Assembly (NCBI GenBank): GCA_010015805.1 | Contig: ML978130.1 | Location: 62,001 to 126,000, forward strand | Length of the DNA stretch: 64,000 bases | From: Rhizodiscina lignyota | Lineage: Eukaryota | Direction of reading: 5' to 3' | Part shown: one piece after another, positions 1 to 12,113 of the stretch | Numbering within the stretch: the stretch's first letter is position 1 | How the letters are laid out: every line of letters begins with the position of its first letter | Position numbers and translations under genes: made by a program | Notes under the pieces: model-generated | Database searches by the model: none | What the model was told of the DNA's origin: nothing | Seen by the model: the letters and a program-made list of their open reading frames with translations, nothing else

Positions 1-1520
1 AATGACCTCGGGGGTGTAGCAGTACAATGCTCCCCACATACTGGCAGATCATTAGCATTGTGGTGTGATTATTTAAAGAAGTCAGAGCTGGGGATTAGAG
101 ACTTACATGTACTGCACAAACGTCGCCACGCAATTGAACGCCAGGATCTGAGCTTGGTTCCTCGCCGCAGTGAAGGCAAAGAGGAAGATGGCTGATACAA
201 TGAGCGCGCCTCCAAGGGTTCCTTTGCGGCCAATGTGTTTGATATTGATCAGCCAGCCACCGATCAGCGTTCCAGGGATACTGCAAACGATAATGATGAG
301 GTTGTTACGGTATGTGATTGCGACGCTGGTGGAACCCGCTTCCGCTCCCTTTGTTGCAAGATATTCTGGCAAGAAATTGCTGTACAACGGCGAGGCCAAT
401 CCGATCATACCCCAGATCAAGATAATGAGAGACATGCTGTACGCGAGTTTTGGTGTCGCAAACAGCGCCTTAACATGGGGGAATCCGGTCGGTTTGAGAG
501 AAGTCGTGATGGCTCGCTTTACCGCAGTTCTGCGATCCACAGGCGTGACCTCATGAGTGATGCTGAAATCCCGCTCGACTTGCTCCAGATCGTTGAGTGT
601 AAGCGGCTGCGTGATACCGTTGAATGTTGCAACCGAATTCAGCACGTCGATAGCTTCTTGATACCGACCTTGGCCGATCAAATACTTTGGCGACTCCCGT
701 AACCGGAAGAAGAAAAAGCGGATGATCCAGAGGACCATGGTGAACGAGCCCATGGTGTACATGAGATATCGCCATCCCATGTTATCGGCCTTCTTGCATT
801 GTCCCACTGGCGTGTCAGCCGAGCAGGAGAAATTGGGCAGGAATCCCCATGCTGTGACTGCAGGAATGACCTGACCAATAGACCACCATACGCTCAGAAT
901 TTCGAGCAGATACTGATGCGAGGCAGGTAAAAATTCTAAGAAGATGGCACCGTCAACTGGTAGATTACCGCCTACGCCGAAGCCGATAAATGCGCAAAGT
1001 ACGGCGCAGCAGACGAAAGAATTCGCCGCACCAGCAGCAATACCGAAGACACCGGCGATGAAGAGCGTTGTGTTGAATACAAGACGGCGGCCAATCAGGT
1101 CAGCGCCAAAGCCCCAGAAACCTGCACCGCAGACAAGACCGGCAATGAGAGCCAGAGAGAGGAACGCAGAATGCTGTGGAGTGAACTCGACTCCGACCTG
1201 AGGAAGCGCATCGGACACGGTGGTTTGCCAGAGCTATTCAATTTGCATTAGTCTTTGAGATGCGATATGCCGAAAGGGAAATGTACCTGATCGCACAGCC
1301 AGCCGTAACCCGCAAGGACGAACAATCCCCACTGGTACTTTCCCATGCCCATCTTCTGAACGGCATGATTGACCAACGCTGCCTGGGCCTCGAACACAAG
1401 ATTGTCGCCACTCTCTTTAAGAGTTATCAGCTCCGGTCGAACGGATTCCAGTTCGCCTCTCGCGACATCGTTGTCACGTGGAGAGGCATCAACAGCAGTC
1501 TCGTCCTTCTTGATGTCCAT
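1..1520 (-). CDS. MFS transporter (SV2/sugar-transporter-like); 3' end runs off the window start
   Basis: ATG at 1520. Intron 1234-1286 (GTACAT..CTAAT..TAG) joins ...GWLCDQ|LWQTTVSDA. Intron 41-106 (GTAAGT..GCTAAT..CAG) joins VQYI-MWGALYCYTPEVI. MFS motif A (GADLIGRR), GGNLPVD and ESPKYL motifs, many hydrophobic helices. Confidence 0.9.
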
Positions 1521-2825
1521 CTTGCAGGTGGAGTACGCTCTCAGGGTATTGGATGGGATAAAGTTTAGCTGCAGGTCCCGAATCTACGGTTCTCCTGAAG
1601 AAAGAGCCAGGAGAGACGTTCGATCGCCATCGTCGAGCAATGGAATTCGCTTTATACTCTGCTCGGAAATAGACTGATAAGGGCGGGGACGCGTTCGCAT
1701 CGCTCCAGAACCCAGGCGGGTGGTCACATCCGTCGAGGATCCAGAGTCTCGTCCATGTCTATCCTCGCCATGGTCAGAAAAGTGGTGTTCTTATCTCGCA
1801 AGAGGGGTCAGATAGTATGACAGGCACGAAAGGGAAGCTGTGACTACGACATAATAACCGTGATCCGCCAGGACGGTCAGGAATCCAAGGCAGCGCACGG
1901 AGAAAGTGTGGCAAGCAAATGTGATGCGGACGGCAGAATTGGAATCCAAGGAGGTGAGGCTGACACGTGGAGTCTAACATGAAAAGGGCAATTCTGTCCT
2001 GGACGTTGGAGGAGGATTGATATGCACTGGCCAGTGGGCGTTGTGAGCGGCCGCGATCGTCGACGCAAGCATGCTTCCGCCCATTGCGGATCTGCCGGAA
2101 AAGGGAATCTCCCGAAGTCGGGGTGCATATAGCCGCATTCTATGCGAGTCAACTGTGCGGAATGCTTAGGATGGTATATCGAAGTAGTGACGAGAGAGCA
2201 GGTGCAGATGGTTTTAGATATTGCGGAGCAAATAGAGATCGCTCCCGTTGGAGGTGTGGAATGCGGAGCGTAGCGTTGGAAGGCGTGGTTGGCACAATCG
2301 AATAGTGCAGAGATAGCGGGCATGTCAAGCTTTGGGCTTCATGCACGTAAAGCCCAAGATATCAAGGATGCTCTAGGGTGGCCTGGGGAAATAGGACCCG
2401 TGAGACACGCGGGAAGCTCAGTGCAGATAAGAGGGTTTCGTTTCCTCATCTGGCAAGCAGAATTGGATTTGTAGAGTCGCATTCATCCACTCTTTTCTGA
2501 CCACGGATCTTGCATCGTCTCGACAAGACATTGGTCCATTGGCAGCAATTGACACATGTTTTGAAACTCCGTGACGAGAACGCGGATTGGACGGCTCATA
2601 CGGCTCGAACGGATTCATCTGGAGCAATTTGTATATAATGTATTAGCGGAAAATTCCCCCAAACGCGAGATTGATCTGCAAATCGTTGGATTGCCGCAAT
2701 TGTTATGGTATAGTGCCTTAACCATATTCATTTCTTTTGACATCAATCCACTTCCACCTGCAAGATCGGTTGAGATCTGTTCAATCATCGTCAATTCGAA
2801 TCTATTTCGTTATCATCAATTCACC

Positions 2826-3932
2826 ATGACGCCACCAATCGCAGTAGACACTCTCCCCTCCTCCAATCCGGCCTTCCAAAAAATCGAACCTCAAATCACA
2901 AAAGCACCATTCGATCCTTCCAAGCACCTCGCGTTCGAATCCCCCAGCGAGTTCTACACCCTCCAGCAGCTCGGCCTCCCCTCCGAAGGCTCCATCTCCC
3001 CCGTCGCCATAACCGCACCCTTCAGACTTCTCAGCGACGCCGGCATCCGCGCGGCGCGCGCAGACCTCTTCCGGCGCGAGATCCTTCAGAACTACAAATG
3101 GACCGAGGCCAAGGACCCGGGGGTGTACAAGCTGCGCGGGTACGCGCAGGACACCGATTTCGTTCGCTCTCTCTGGACATCACCCGAGATGCTGGCTGCG
3201 TGCTCCAAAGCGGCGGGGTGCGAGTTGGATGTGGTGTTCGACTACGAGATTGGGCATATTAATGTTCAGCTTCCGCCCGGACAGGCGGAGACCGAGGAGG
3301 ACATTGATAGATTACTGCCGCCTATTGAGCCGGTGAGGCAGAGCGCTACTGTTGATGATGCAGAAGCCGAGAGGGCGGCAAAGGAGGGTATCGCGAATGT
3401 CACAGCGTGGCATAACGATTCGTATCCGTGGGTGTGCGTGGTGATGCTATCGGACCCGACCGGGATGAAGGGCGGCGAGACGGCTCTGCGAAAAGGTGAT
3501 GGGAGCATCTTGAAAGTGCGCGGGCCGCAGTGCGGATATGCGGTGATGATGCAGGGCGGGCTGATCAATCACGTCGCGTTGAAGGCACTCGGCGAGGGAG
3601 AGCGGATAACGATGGTGACGTCCTTCCGGCCGCGGGACCCGTACGAACGTGACAACAGTAACCTGGGAAATGTGAAAGCTGTGAGTGACCATGGAAAGCT
3701 GTACACGCAATGGGCGGTTTATCGCGCCGAGGTCATGGCAAAGAGAGCGGCATTGTTTGCGGAGAAGCTGAAAGAGTCGAAGAAGACGGCAGACGAGGTG
3801 GAGAAGGAATTGGGTGAGTGGGTCAAGGAACAGATAAAGTATCTCGAGCACAGTGCGAGGGAATTGACTACAGATGGAGAGAAAGGTAACTATAACCATC
3901 AGAGATACCGGGATACAGATGGAAAATCGTGA
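2826..3932 (+). CDS. 2-oxoglutarate/Fe(II)-dependent oxygenase-like protein, substrate unknown
   Basis: Intronless ORF from ATG 2826 (context CACCATG). HxD motif (WHNDSY), GGET strand, distal His (INHVA) and RxT/S-type motif (RITMVTSFR) of the 2OG-Fe(II) fold. Confidence 0.75.
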   Translation: MTPPIAVDTLPSSNPAFQKIEPQITKAPFDPSKHLAFESPSEFYTLQQLGLPSEGSISPVAITAPFRLLSDAGIRAARADLFRREILQNYKWTEAKDPGVYKLRGYAQDTDFVRSLWTSPEMLAACSKAAGCELDVVFDYEIGHINVQLPPGQAETEEDIDRLLPPIEPVRQSATVDDAEAERAAKEGIANVTAWHNDSYPWVCVVMLSDPTGMKGGETALRKGDGSILKVRGPQCGYAVMMQGGLINHVALKALGEGERITMVTSFRPRDPYERDNSNLGNVKAVSDHGKLYTQWAVYRAEVMAKRAALFAEKLKESKKTADEVEKELGEWVKEQIKYLEHSARELTTDGEKGNYNHQRYRDTDGKS

Positions 3933-4428
3933 GGATTTTGGATGCATGCTTAAACTCTGATTTGAGACGCATCGTCGAGCGGGCTTGTGATGATTAGTGT
4001 TTCTTCGATTTGCTGTGTTATTCAACAATTTCGTACGTAGTCTCTCAAGATGAAGTCATCGCTTGTCGTAGTGAATGTCGAATCCAATACCGAATCGATG
4101 ACCGACCAGTTGTTCGAAACTTGGAGCATAACTGTAGGTGGACCGACCTCCAATTGGCGTCTGGTAGCCATGCTCTTCCCCACGAACACCCAGCTCGCAG
4201 CTATTCAAGCGTTAAAGGTCGTCCAAGTCTCGCTTCGTATAGCATCAAATAGCCATCCGTAGCTCCTATGGAGATGCAGGAGACCACCCAAAGAGCTTTT
4301 CGGATTCCATGATCGAGTATGAGTCGGTAGTCGAGCAGAGCCACTTCCAGATCGGCGGAGCTAATGTGGATGCCAGATACGATATCCATTTGCCTCGCGG
4401 TATTTTCAATTCATTCATATCCTCCTCT

Positions 4429-5839
4429 TCACCTCCCATCCCAAGAAACCAATCTCTCATGACAAGCATCCCAACCGTCAAAGTAGTGGTCCCTCTTATC
4501 ACCCTCCGCCGCTCCAGCCCCAGCACTCCTCCTCAAATACTCCAGCATCATATTACTCCAAAGCCAGCTCCCCGCACCCTTGGCTGTATGGGTACGGTCC
4601 TTGTACAGCATACTAAACGCCTGAATGATCCTTCCCCATTCGAAAATCTCCTGGCCCGCCTGCTGCGCCAGGGCCCTCTGCACTCTATCAATCTCCAGGA
4701 GATTCGCATCGGTGGCATTCGAATTGCGGTGGATCGTGACCGTGCGGAACATTGACGGAGTATTTCCGAATTCGTCGCGCAGCATGCTTAGGAGCTTCCT
4801 CAGCCGTGTCGTGATGAAGCGCACTTCCTCCCATACAAGCTGTCGCTCCTGCTCACCCACGTGCGCACCATAGCTGACATTCGCGTGCGCCATTCCGTTC
4901 TCGATCATTGCGCGCTGGTCCCACAACCCGCTCTGCCAAAGAAGCAAATCCGGACTGCGTCCATTCAGTCCTCTCACATGTGTACCGAGCGTCTTCTTCC
5001 ACAACTTCTCCCAGCGTTCTTCAAACGGGACAAACTTCATGTCCTTCATCCACCACCAGGATGGTGTCGACGTATAGCTTCCGGAAAGATGCCAGTAGAT
5101 CAGCGTCAAATTGAACGTCGGGATTTCGCACGTCGCCGTAGTGCGCGGACGTGGCTGACGAATGCGATAGCCAAACTCCTCGCAGAAGAACTGCGCCATG
5201 AAGTGATCTACGCTGTCGCCAAGCACTAGGACTCTCCTGCCCCAGAGCCAGCCCATGCCACCGTCATCCTTTTTGGAAACATAATGGTAGTGTTGGAGAT
5301 CGCCGTCGTTGGCATCTACGCTCATACGCCGTCGCTGATGCTCTGCGAGAACATCGTTCATCCACTGCCTCGGTGCAGACTGCGTGAACTGCGGCTCAAC
5401 CCTCGACGGTTCGAAATAGACATCAGCATCGTTCGCAGGTGGATACGTCGCAGCAGGCAGAGCAGGAGCAGCCAAGAAGTCCTCTCCAAACGGGATCCAT
5501 CTCGTTTGGCGATAATCGTCGGGCATGTACAGGTATCCCGGGCCTCTGTACGGATCTTTGCAATCCTCGTGCGCGGGCTCACCGGCACCGTCCTTCAGCC
5601 AAGGCCTGTGTAAATAGTAAGCTACTATGTACGACATTTCGAGTCCACGTCGAGCTTGTGGTGCATCTTCAATGCTCCCGGACGTACCTGATGCCCTCGT
5701 GCCATTGATTTCGTACCCCATCGACGTACTGAGCAGAGTATTTTTTGATATTATCGTTGCGAAGAAACGCGAACGCCGACAATACGCACAGCGTGGCAGC
5801 GATGAGAAGCGGGAGGTTGGTAGACTTGGAGCGCCACAT
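4429..5839 (-). CDS. Type II membrane SGNH/PC-esterase-like glycan O-acyl-modifying protein (Cap64/Cas3-like)
   Basis: The likely exon 1 is in a different frame from the ORF track: ATG 5839, MWRSKSTNLPLLIAATLCVLSAFAFLRNDNIKKY... (signal anchor). An 82-nt intron 5606-5687 (AG|GTACGT..TACACAG) joins it in frame to PWLKDG. Motifs VLVLGDSVD, LWQSGLWD and a C-terminal DxxH (KDRTH). The Cap64 likeness is recalled, not searched. Confidence 0.7.
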
Positions 5840-6717
5840 TGCCGTTCGTCATCGAATCCTGGAGTGAATTTCGACGACGCTCTGCTCCCAGCTCTTTTCG
5901 CGTCTGCAGCAAGCAATTGGAGAGTTGGAAACGTCTCCATTTTGTTCAGTGATTCTCGCTCTCTTGGCGATACTGCCATGGGCGAGGATTCAGGTGGCCG
6001 CGGCACCGCCAAGAAGCTCATGGTGGTGCGAGTCGTCGTAGATGCACATGGATGGATGCCGGCACAGTGTTTGGCTCAGCGGTACTTAGCTGTGCCACAG
6101 CACTGGCCCGTGACGGGGCCGCACGATGATTTGCAGTGATTGCAGCGGGATCTTTAGGCCCCTTCTCTCCGGCTGCTTGGCAGTTTCAGAGTCGGCAGAG
6201 TGGGATACGATCGATAGCTGTCATTGCGTGGGAGATGAGTGGAGCAGGGTGGAGCCAGCGAAAAGGAGACGAGGCCGGGGCAAAGGCTTGATTGATATTG
6301 AGTTTGGGGCCGCCGGCGCCACGAATAAGCAGATCGGACGATCATTATCAAAATTTCCGCGATTCAGACGACACTGCAAGAGTGGTGTTGGCATTAGTTG
6401 TATGGTGTTGGCCAAGTGCACAACCAGCATAATGTCTGTCGTTTTCTCGTACCACGACTGTGCAATATATCCATTCTTAAGTGCTACCCCATCTGGTATC
6501 TTTAGCAATTTAACAAAATACAGTAACTAAAATCTGAACAGATCCGCAACCTAATATCAACATCCCAACCAATCTGTACAATATCTCAATAATGTGACGT
6601 AGCGCGGTCCTCAGTCTCACAAACGCTTGTACAATCGTTCATAACCCAAAATATAAATCGCTTGACAAAAAGAACGGAACGCCTCGCAATGCAGTACACA
6701 AGAAAAAATACCACAAA

Positions 6718-8058
6718 TCAGCTTTGCTGCTGTCTCAGAGGCTGCCGTTGTCGCCCAACCTGCAACGACTGTTCTATCCAACTCTTCAACAACGCCATCG
6801 TCTCCACCGTCAACCTCTCATTCTTCATGCGTAACCGTGCCCCCTTGTCGTTCCTCACCTCTTCGGGTAGGCTTGCGAGTCGTGCAACTACATCGATTTC
6901 GCTCTCGTCTGTCTCGCGCAAGTATACGTCGTCTTCGTCGAGGTAAGTGTATGCCTTCAGTATCTTCTGATCCGCGATCAGCGGGCTGCCTGCAATGAGC
7001 GAGGCTGGAACGGTAGAGGATGCTTTGCGATCCAGGTAATCATGCGATGCAAGCGCAGGAAGAAGTGCTGTTGAAAAGTGCATTATCCCATAAAACTCAG
7101 GATACGGCAGCGACCTCTCGAAATTAATCATTCCTTTCGCTCCATCGGGTACTTGTGGTAGTCCACCTTCGCCAATAACTGTGAGCTCGACGGGGAGGTT
7201 CGCATTATCGTGCATCATCTCGCCGAACTGTTGAAACGTGCCCGCATAGTCTCTATTCGGTCCTCGACCCATCACGAGATCTCCCTGCACCGTGAAGCGC
7301 AGTTTACCCCCATCCGGCGCGAGTGTTCTGTTCAATTCCATCTCCGAGATGACGAAGACTGGAGGAAAAGTGCTGACGGGCACGCGGCTGATGTCGACTT
7401 TTGTCGCCCACTTTGCAACGGCGTGGCCGATCATCCAGTCTGTGACGTGGTCGCTGAGCGTGATGAAGCGAATGCGCTGGGACACGATCCACGGCTTCAC
7501 TGCGTGGAAATAGCGCCAGCTCAGATCATCTGGATGATGAACGACGGCTAGAAGCACGGCATTCGTCGAGTTATGAAGGTGTTCCATTGTCATTGCGGTG
7601 CCGGGTTCAACAAGGTCGAATTCGCTGGTGATCGATATGATGACGTCCGGCCCTGTTTCCGCATTCTGAAAGTTTGCCGGCTGAAAGTGCGTCTTGCTGA
7701 TAATCTGTCTCCCATCTCTCCCTGGCAGTCGATCGTAAATCCTATCAATGCCAAACCTTCTCGCCGATAAGTACGCATCCACCTGCGTCTCTTTCATCTG
7801 ACCGAGCGCGGAGAAGAAACTGGCCGTCACCTCGTCATGACAGCCTTTCGTCTCAAGGACGGCCACTCGCAACGTTCGTTGAAATGTAATTGAAATGCCA
7901 AAAGTCGGGAGAAATCCAGCAGTGAAGTAGCGTGCGTCGTTCCATAGGAGAACGAACACCAAGGCGAGCGTAATTGCGACATACAGCCTTGGGCCGCGAG
8001 TTGGACTTCTGGGAGCGATCATACTGTTTACATCGAGGTTGAAATCCTTCAAATGCAT
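6718..8058 (-). CDS. Type II membrane putative glycosyltransferase (GT-B-like)
   Basis: Intronless ORF (ATG 8058 or 8022). N-terminal TM LYVAITLALVFVLLW followed by LRVAVLET..HDEV, VVHHP, ITLSDHV, FTVQG and KASSTVPASLIAGSPLI segments, consistent with a two-Rossmann-domain GT-B layout. Confidence 0.6.
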   Translation of the reverse strand: MHLKDFNLDVNSMIAPRSPTRGPRLYVAITLALVFVLLWNDARYFTAGFLPTFGISITFQRTLRVAVLETKGCHDEVTASFFSALGQMKETQVDAYLSARRFGIDRIYDRLPGRDGRQIISKTHFQPANFQNAETGPDVIISITSEFDLVEPGTAMTMEHLHNSTNAVLLAVVHHPDDLSWRYFHAVKPWIVSQRIRFITLSDHVTDWMIGHAVAKWATKVDISRVPVSTFPPVFVISEMELNRTLAPDGGKLRFTVQGDLVMGRGPNRDYAGTFQQFGEMMHDNANLPVELTVIGEGGLPQVPDGAKGMINFERSLPYPEFYGIMHFSTALLPALASHDYLDRKASSTVPASLIAGSPLIADQKILKAYTYLDEDDVYLRETDESEIDVVARLASLPEEVRNDKGARLRMKNERLTVETMALLKSWIEQSLQVGRQRQPLRQQQS

Positions 8059-9915
8059 GTTCACGTCGACGCAGAGAGGGAACTTAAGGGTGCATCATGC
8101 TCGAGAATGACTTCAAAAAGGGAGGAATAGATTCGATAAAGACAGAAGACGAGCGAGCAGTGTCCAGAAGGCTCAGAATGGAATGTTTCAAACCTGGAAT
8201 TGCAATCTGCAGCTGGAGTGGAGGGGTCTGCATTGGTCAGGTATTTTTGACCACTGTTCTACCAATGATGTCGTTTATACAGCCACCCAGTCTGCATGTC
8301 CGCGCTCACTGTGCCGCATCATGGATGGCCGAGGGTCCTCGTCATCCCCTGTACCTGTCTCCCTCGTGCCCTGGCGTCCACTAATCGGGGCAGCGTGGAG
8401 GCATTCCTCATGTTGCATGCACAAGCTTTCAAGCCCAGGTGCATTCCGAAGCGGCGGTCCAGCTGTGCACATCTGCCTGAGGCGTTCCAGTCGACATTGC
8501 TAGGAAGACTCGCAAAACGATACCGGTGTACACGGCGCAAGCAGATAATCAGAAAAGACAGTGGTAGTGGTGTAGGGAATTTTCGGGGAAGGATTAACGC
8601 GTCATCGTGGGATGAGGCTTGCTCTCGAAGAATGGATATTATTAGAGTAGGTAATCAAATGACAGAAAAACACCACACACCGGAATACAATACTAAAAAA
8701 TACCCAAACTCCCAAGGCGTCTAGCATAAGCACGACAGGGTATCTTTTCCTTCACCTCGAATAAATCGATAATGCACCCTTGATAACGGGCCAACAGACG
8801 TTTAATTTGGGTTGCACAAGCTTTCGTAAGACGGTTAAGGCGCCACGATAGCGGCATACCCAAGCCAAAAGCCACATCCACGCGGACTCGCTAAGGTGAA
8901 ACTTGACCTCCACCGTAATTCAATCCGATTCTGCCTAGGTCTTTAGAAAAAAGAAATGCTCGTTATCGTCAACCCGGCATGTACTTCCGTTGGATCACTA
9001 GATTCTGCACACTGATCACGACACACAACATGCTCTGCGCAGATACCAACAACCACCACCGATCTTCAGGAGTACCTACCACTGTCCGAGTAACCAATCA
9101 TCGCCTATTCCTGTAGAGACCATTCCAGAAATATGTGGACGCGTAGACCGCCGAATTAAGTGTGGATATTTGTTATGTAACTTACCGTTTCCAACACGCA
9201 CACACACACACCCACAACACAACAAATACTCTAGTCCCCGTCCATAACCTTGTAAGTTGTACCCGGCCGTCAATTCACAAGGTTGCTGTCACCCGACCGC
9301 TCACAATGTCTTCATCTGGTCGTCCATCACTTCATCAACAACTGATTCGTGCCCGCTTTAAGTGTTTCGTTCTCGGCCCGTCTCGCTAGCTTTCGACCCA
9401 AACATCTGCAATTCGCCAAGATGAAACGTTTCATTAAAAGACTCGTCGATAGTTGCCGAGAGCGAATTCAGTCCCCTGATCCTGTCCGCTGATCGCTTTC
9501 GACCGAGTCCCGAACCCAACACCAACAACCCAGTCAGCATGCGTACCCCTGAATGTCTGAGCGTCGAGATGCATGGTTCTTTGATCTTACCATCGTTTTG
9601 CAGCATGCTAATATATGACACGAGAGGTAGAACGTAGACACCAGAGTGATGGTAATGCAGAAGAGATGTGAAATACTCCGTACAAGGTCAAGATATCAAA
9701 CATCGAATTGAGAAGATTGCGCTCGTCGCTGTATAGAGTAACCAGGCACGAGACATCAATGCTCATCTTTATGAAAATACTGCGGAAGTGAAATACCCAT
9801 AACCAGCGCCATGCAATGCAAACAATCAACCTGTACAAACATCGCTCACGATATTAACACTTTCAAAGCCTATACAATCCAGACCTCGAAAGACCCAGAT
9901 ATCCAATCAAACTCT

Positions 9916-11223
9916 TCAATCCAACCCCTCGTCTTTGGCCTTCTTTTCAAAATACATTCTCGCAAACTCCTTGGCCTCTTCAAAGCTCCCCGCAACCCTC
10001 ACACACCCACACTCTTTCGTCCACGTATCATGCAGAAATAAATTCTTCTTCAGCCTCGAATCCATCAAGACATGCGGAATGCCCATTATCGTCGACATGA
10101 TATGCCCATGCAGTCTGTCGGTAATGACAAACTCCGCCTGAGCCAGCATCTCAAAGCCCATCAGTGTCTTCGCGAAGTTGCGCTGGCTCTTGCCTTCTTC
10201 ACCATTAAGGTCGGGGGTGGTCTGCTTGCGCCAGTCGTTCTTAAGGTACGAGACGTGGCCAGCATCGGGGCCGAAGTCGAAGGTGCCTTCGCCGACTGCT
10301 ATTTCTTTAGAAGCGCCTTCTGCAACTTCAGAGTCGTCGCGGGCCAGGATGTAGATCTGGTGTCTGCAATCATTATTAGTGCCACCTTCAGTTTGGAGTT
10401 CTTGAAACAGAACGCACGTCTTCTTCGTGTTCAACCTGATATCCGGTCTGCTGCCAAACATAAACGCCACATCTGGCGTGAGTATGTGCCGCACCTTGTT
10501 CGGCTCAATGCCCGCTGCCTTATCACCAAACGTTTTCTTTAGCCACTCATAGCTCGGACGATCCCTCGCTGCCAATTGCAAGTCTTTCGCCTTGCTGAAT
10601 CCATCCAGCGTGAGCTTAATCTTCTCCGGATGCGTCATGTTAATGGACTGCGGAAACATGCGAATCGGGTAGTCGGAGAACTTTTCGACCATTTTGATCC
10701 TCGCCGGTTGATCATCCCAAAACAGATCGTTAAAGTTCCCTCCTCCCGCCATAATAATCGCCGAGTGCGGCTTATGCGCCTCGAGCGCCATCGAGAAGCG
10801 CTCAAAGTCGCAGTCCTTGTCAATATACCGACACACCTCCATCGTCTTAATCCCCAGAGTCGCGAGCAGAATATCCTGAGCGATCCAAATCGCCGCGTCG
10901 CCCTTGTTCTCCGTCTGCCCCAAGTACCCGAAAATATTAGCGTATCTGATGCCCTTGAGCTCTTTCGCATATGCTTCGATGACCTTCTTTTGCAAGCCGA
11001 CGACGACGTCTTCGCAGCCGATGCTCGGCGGGGTGGTCTTGTCGTAGCTCACTGGGATTTTGGGTTTCGGCGGGGAGGGGCGCCATGAATCGTGGATCTT
11101 GGGGACGTAGGAGGATATAGAGGAGGTGCCGATGTTGTTTGTCCATATCAGGCGAGTGAGGAAAAGAGCGACTATGAGGAGGGCTGCTGCGAGCGCGATG
11201 CGGAAGCGTGGAGGGAGAGCCAT
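9916..11223 (-). CDS. Polysaccharide pyruvyltransferase (Pvg1-like), type II membrane protein
   Basis: ATG 11223 then TM IALAAALLIVALFL. Family motifs NKGDAAIW, GGGNFNDL, FPQSI, ARDRPSY, PDVAF and VITDRLHGHI. In-frame 54-nt intron 10364-10417 (GTGCGT..ACTAAT..CAG). Confidence 0.88.
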   Translation of the reverse strand: MALPPRFRIALAAALLIVALFLTRLIWTNNIGTSSISSYVPKIHDSWRPSPPKPKIPVSYDKTTPPSIGCEDVVVGLQKKVIEAYAKELKGIRYANIFGYLGQTENKGDAAIWIAQDILLATLGIKTMEVCRYIDKDCDFERFSMALEAHKPHSAIIMAGGGNFNDLFWDDQPARIKMVEKFSDYPIRMFPQSINMTHPEKIKLTLDGFSKAKDLQLAARDRPSYEWLKKTFGDKAAGIEPNKVRHILTPDVAFMFGSRPDIRLNTKKTCVLFQELQTEGGTNNDCRHQIYILARDDSEVAEGASKEIAVGEGTFDFGPDAGHVSYLKNDWRKQTTPDLNGEEGKSQRNFAKTLMGFEMLAQAEFVITDRLHGHIMSTIMGIPHVLMDSRLKKNLFLHDTWTKECGCVRVAGSFEEAKEFARMYFEKKAKDEGLD

Positions 11224-12113
11224 GATGTAGGTCCCTTTGTTGCCGATTGCCACATTCGAATTCCCTTCATCCAAAGATACCCTTGACGATAAGAGAACAC
11301 GACGGAGAAGAAATGTTGAAACTTAAGGAAACCTCGTCCCTGCGCGCAACCAGTATCCCTCCGCGGCCATTTTGCTACGGAGGACCTCGCGGCCAAAAAG
11401 TGATGAAAGACGCTGTGGAGCCCTGAAATGATGCAGCAGCGGCCCGCGGAGCGATGCTGTGATTAGCCAGTCGTCTCATTGCTCCGTACGCCCCTTTCCT
11501 GCTGTATTCTATCCACTTTACGACGTCCAAGTGCAAAAACTCCCCGAGACGGCTGGGCCTCGGCGTCTCTCTTCGGCGTCGTCTTTTCATGCTTTGGGAG
11601 ACTCGCACGTATGCCGCATTCGAGGATGATGAAGGTGATGATGTCCATGATTGTCATGATGATGTGGATTTCCTAAGGACGTGAGACGGCTCTTATGTAC
11701 CAAAGCTGACAGAAATTTGGACGGCTTTCCATAGATCCGGATGAAAAAGAGGAAGTAGTTACGTTGTCATCCTGGCCTCTACTGTTGGATTGAGGCAACG
11801 ACGGAGGTATTAGACATCCGCACAGTGCGGTCGTGGAGTGCTCTGGTAGGCGCTTGTCGCAACCATTTCTCGCATCGAAGTGTCACGTTGGCAGGGACTT
11901 GGAATGGCCTCATATTACAACCTTCACAGCTCATCTTCAACAGTCGACGGAGCACCGCTCTATTCCGAGCTTCTACCATCTAGTATCGAATCTATCGGTC
12001 AAGCTCATCGTATATACAGAGCCAAAGCTCTTCGCGATCTCATTCAGATCTATTGCAAGTCACGCTCTTCACAACTCTCAAACCATCGTATCCCATATCA
12101 AGCACGCTCTCAA

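Noticed and set aside
2571..2825. N-terminal 85-aa extension of the oxygenase ORF in the ORF track
   Set aside because: Starts at a GTG and looks like promoter/5' UTR sequence (TATATAA near 2632). The first ATG is at 2826.
11625..11710. Clustered ATGATGA motifs plus downstream CTGA resembling a C/D snoRNA
   Set aside because: Looks like a degenerate (ATG)n tract; no terminal stem or recognisable guide.
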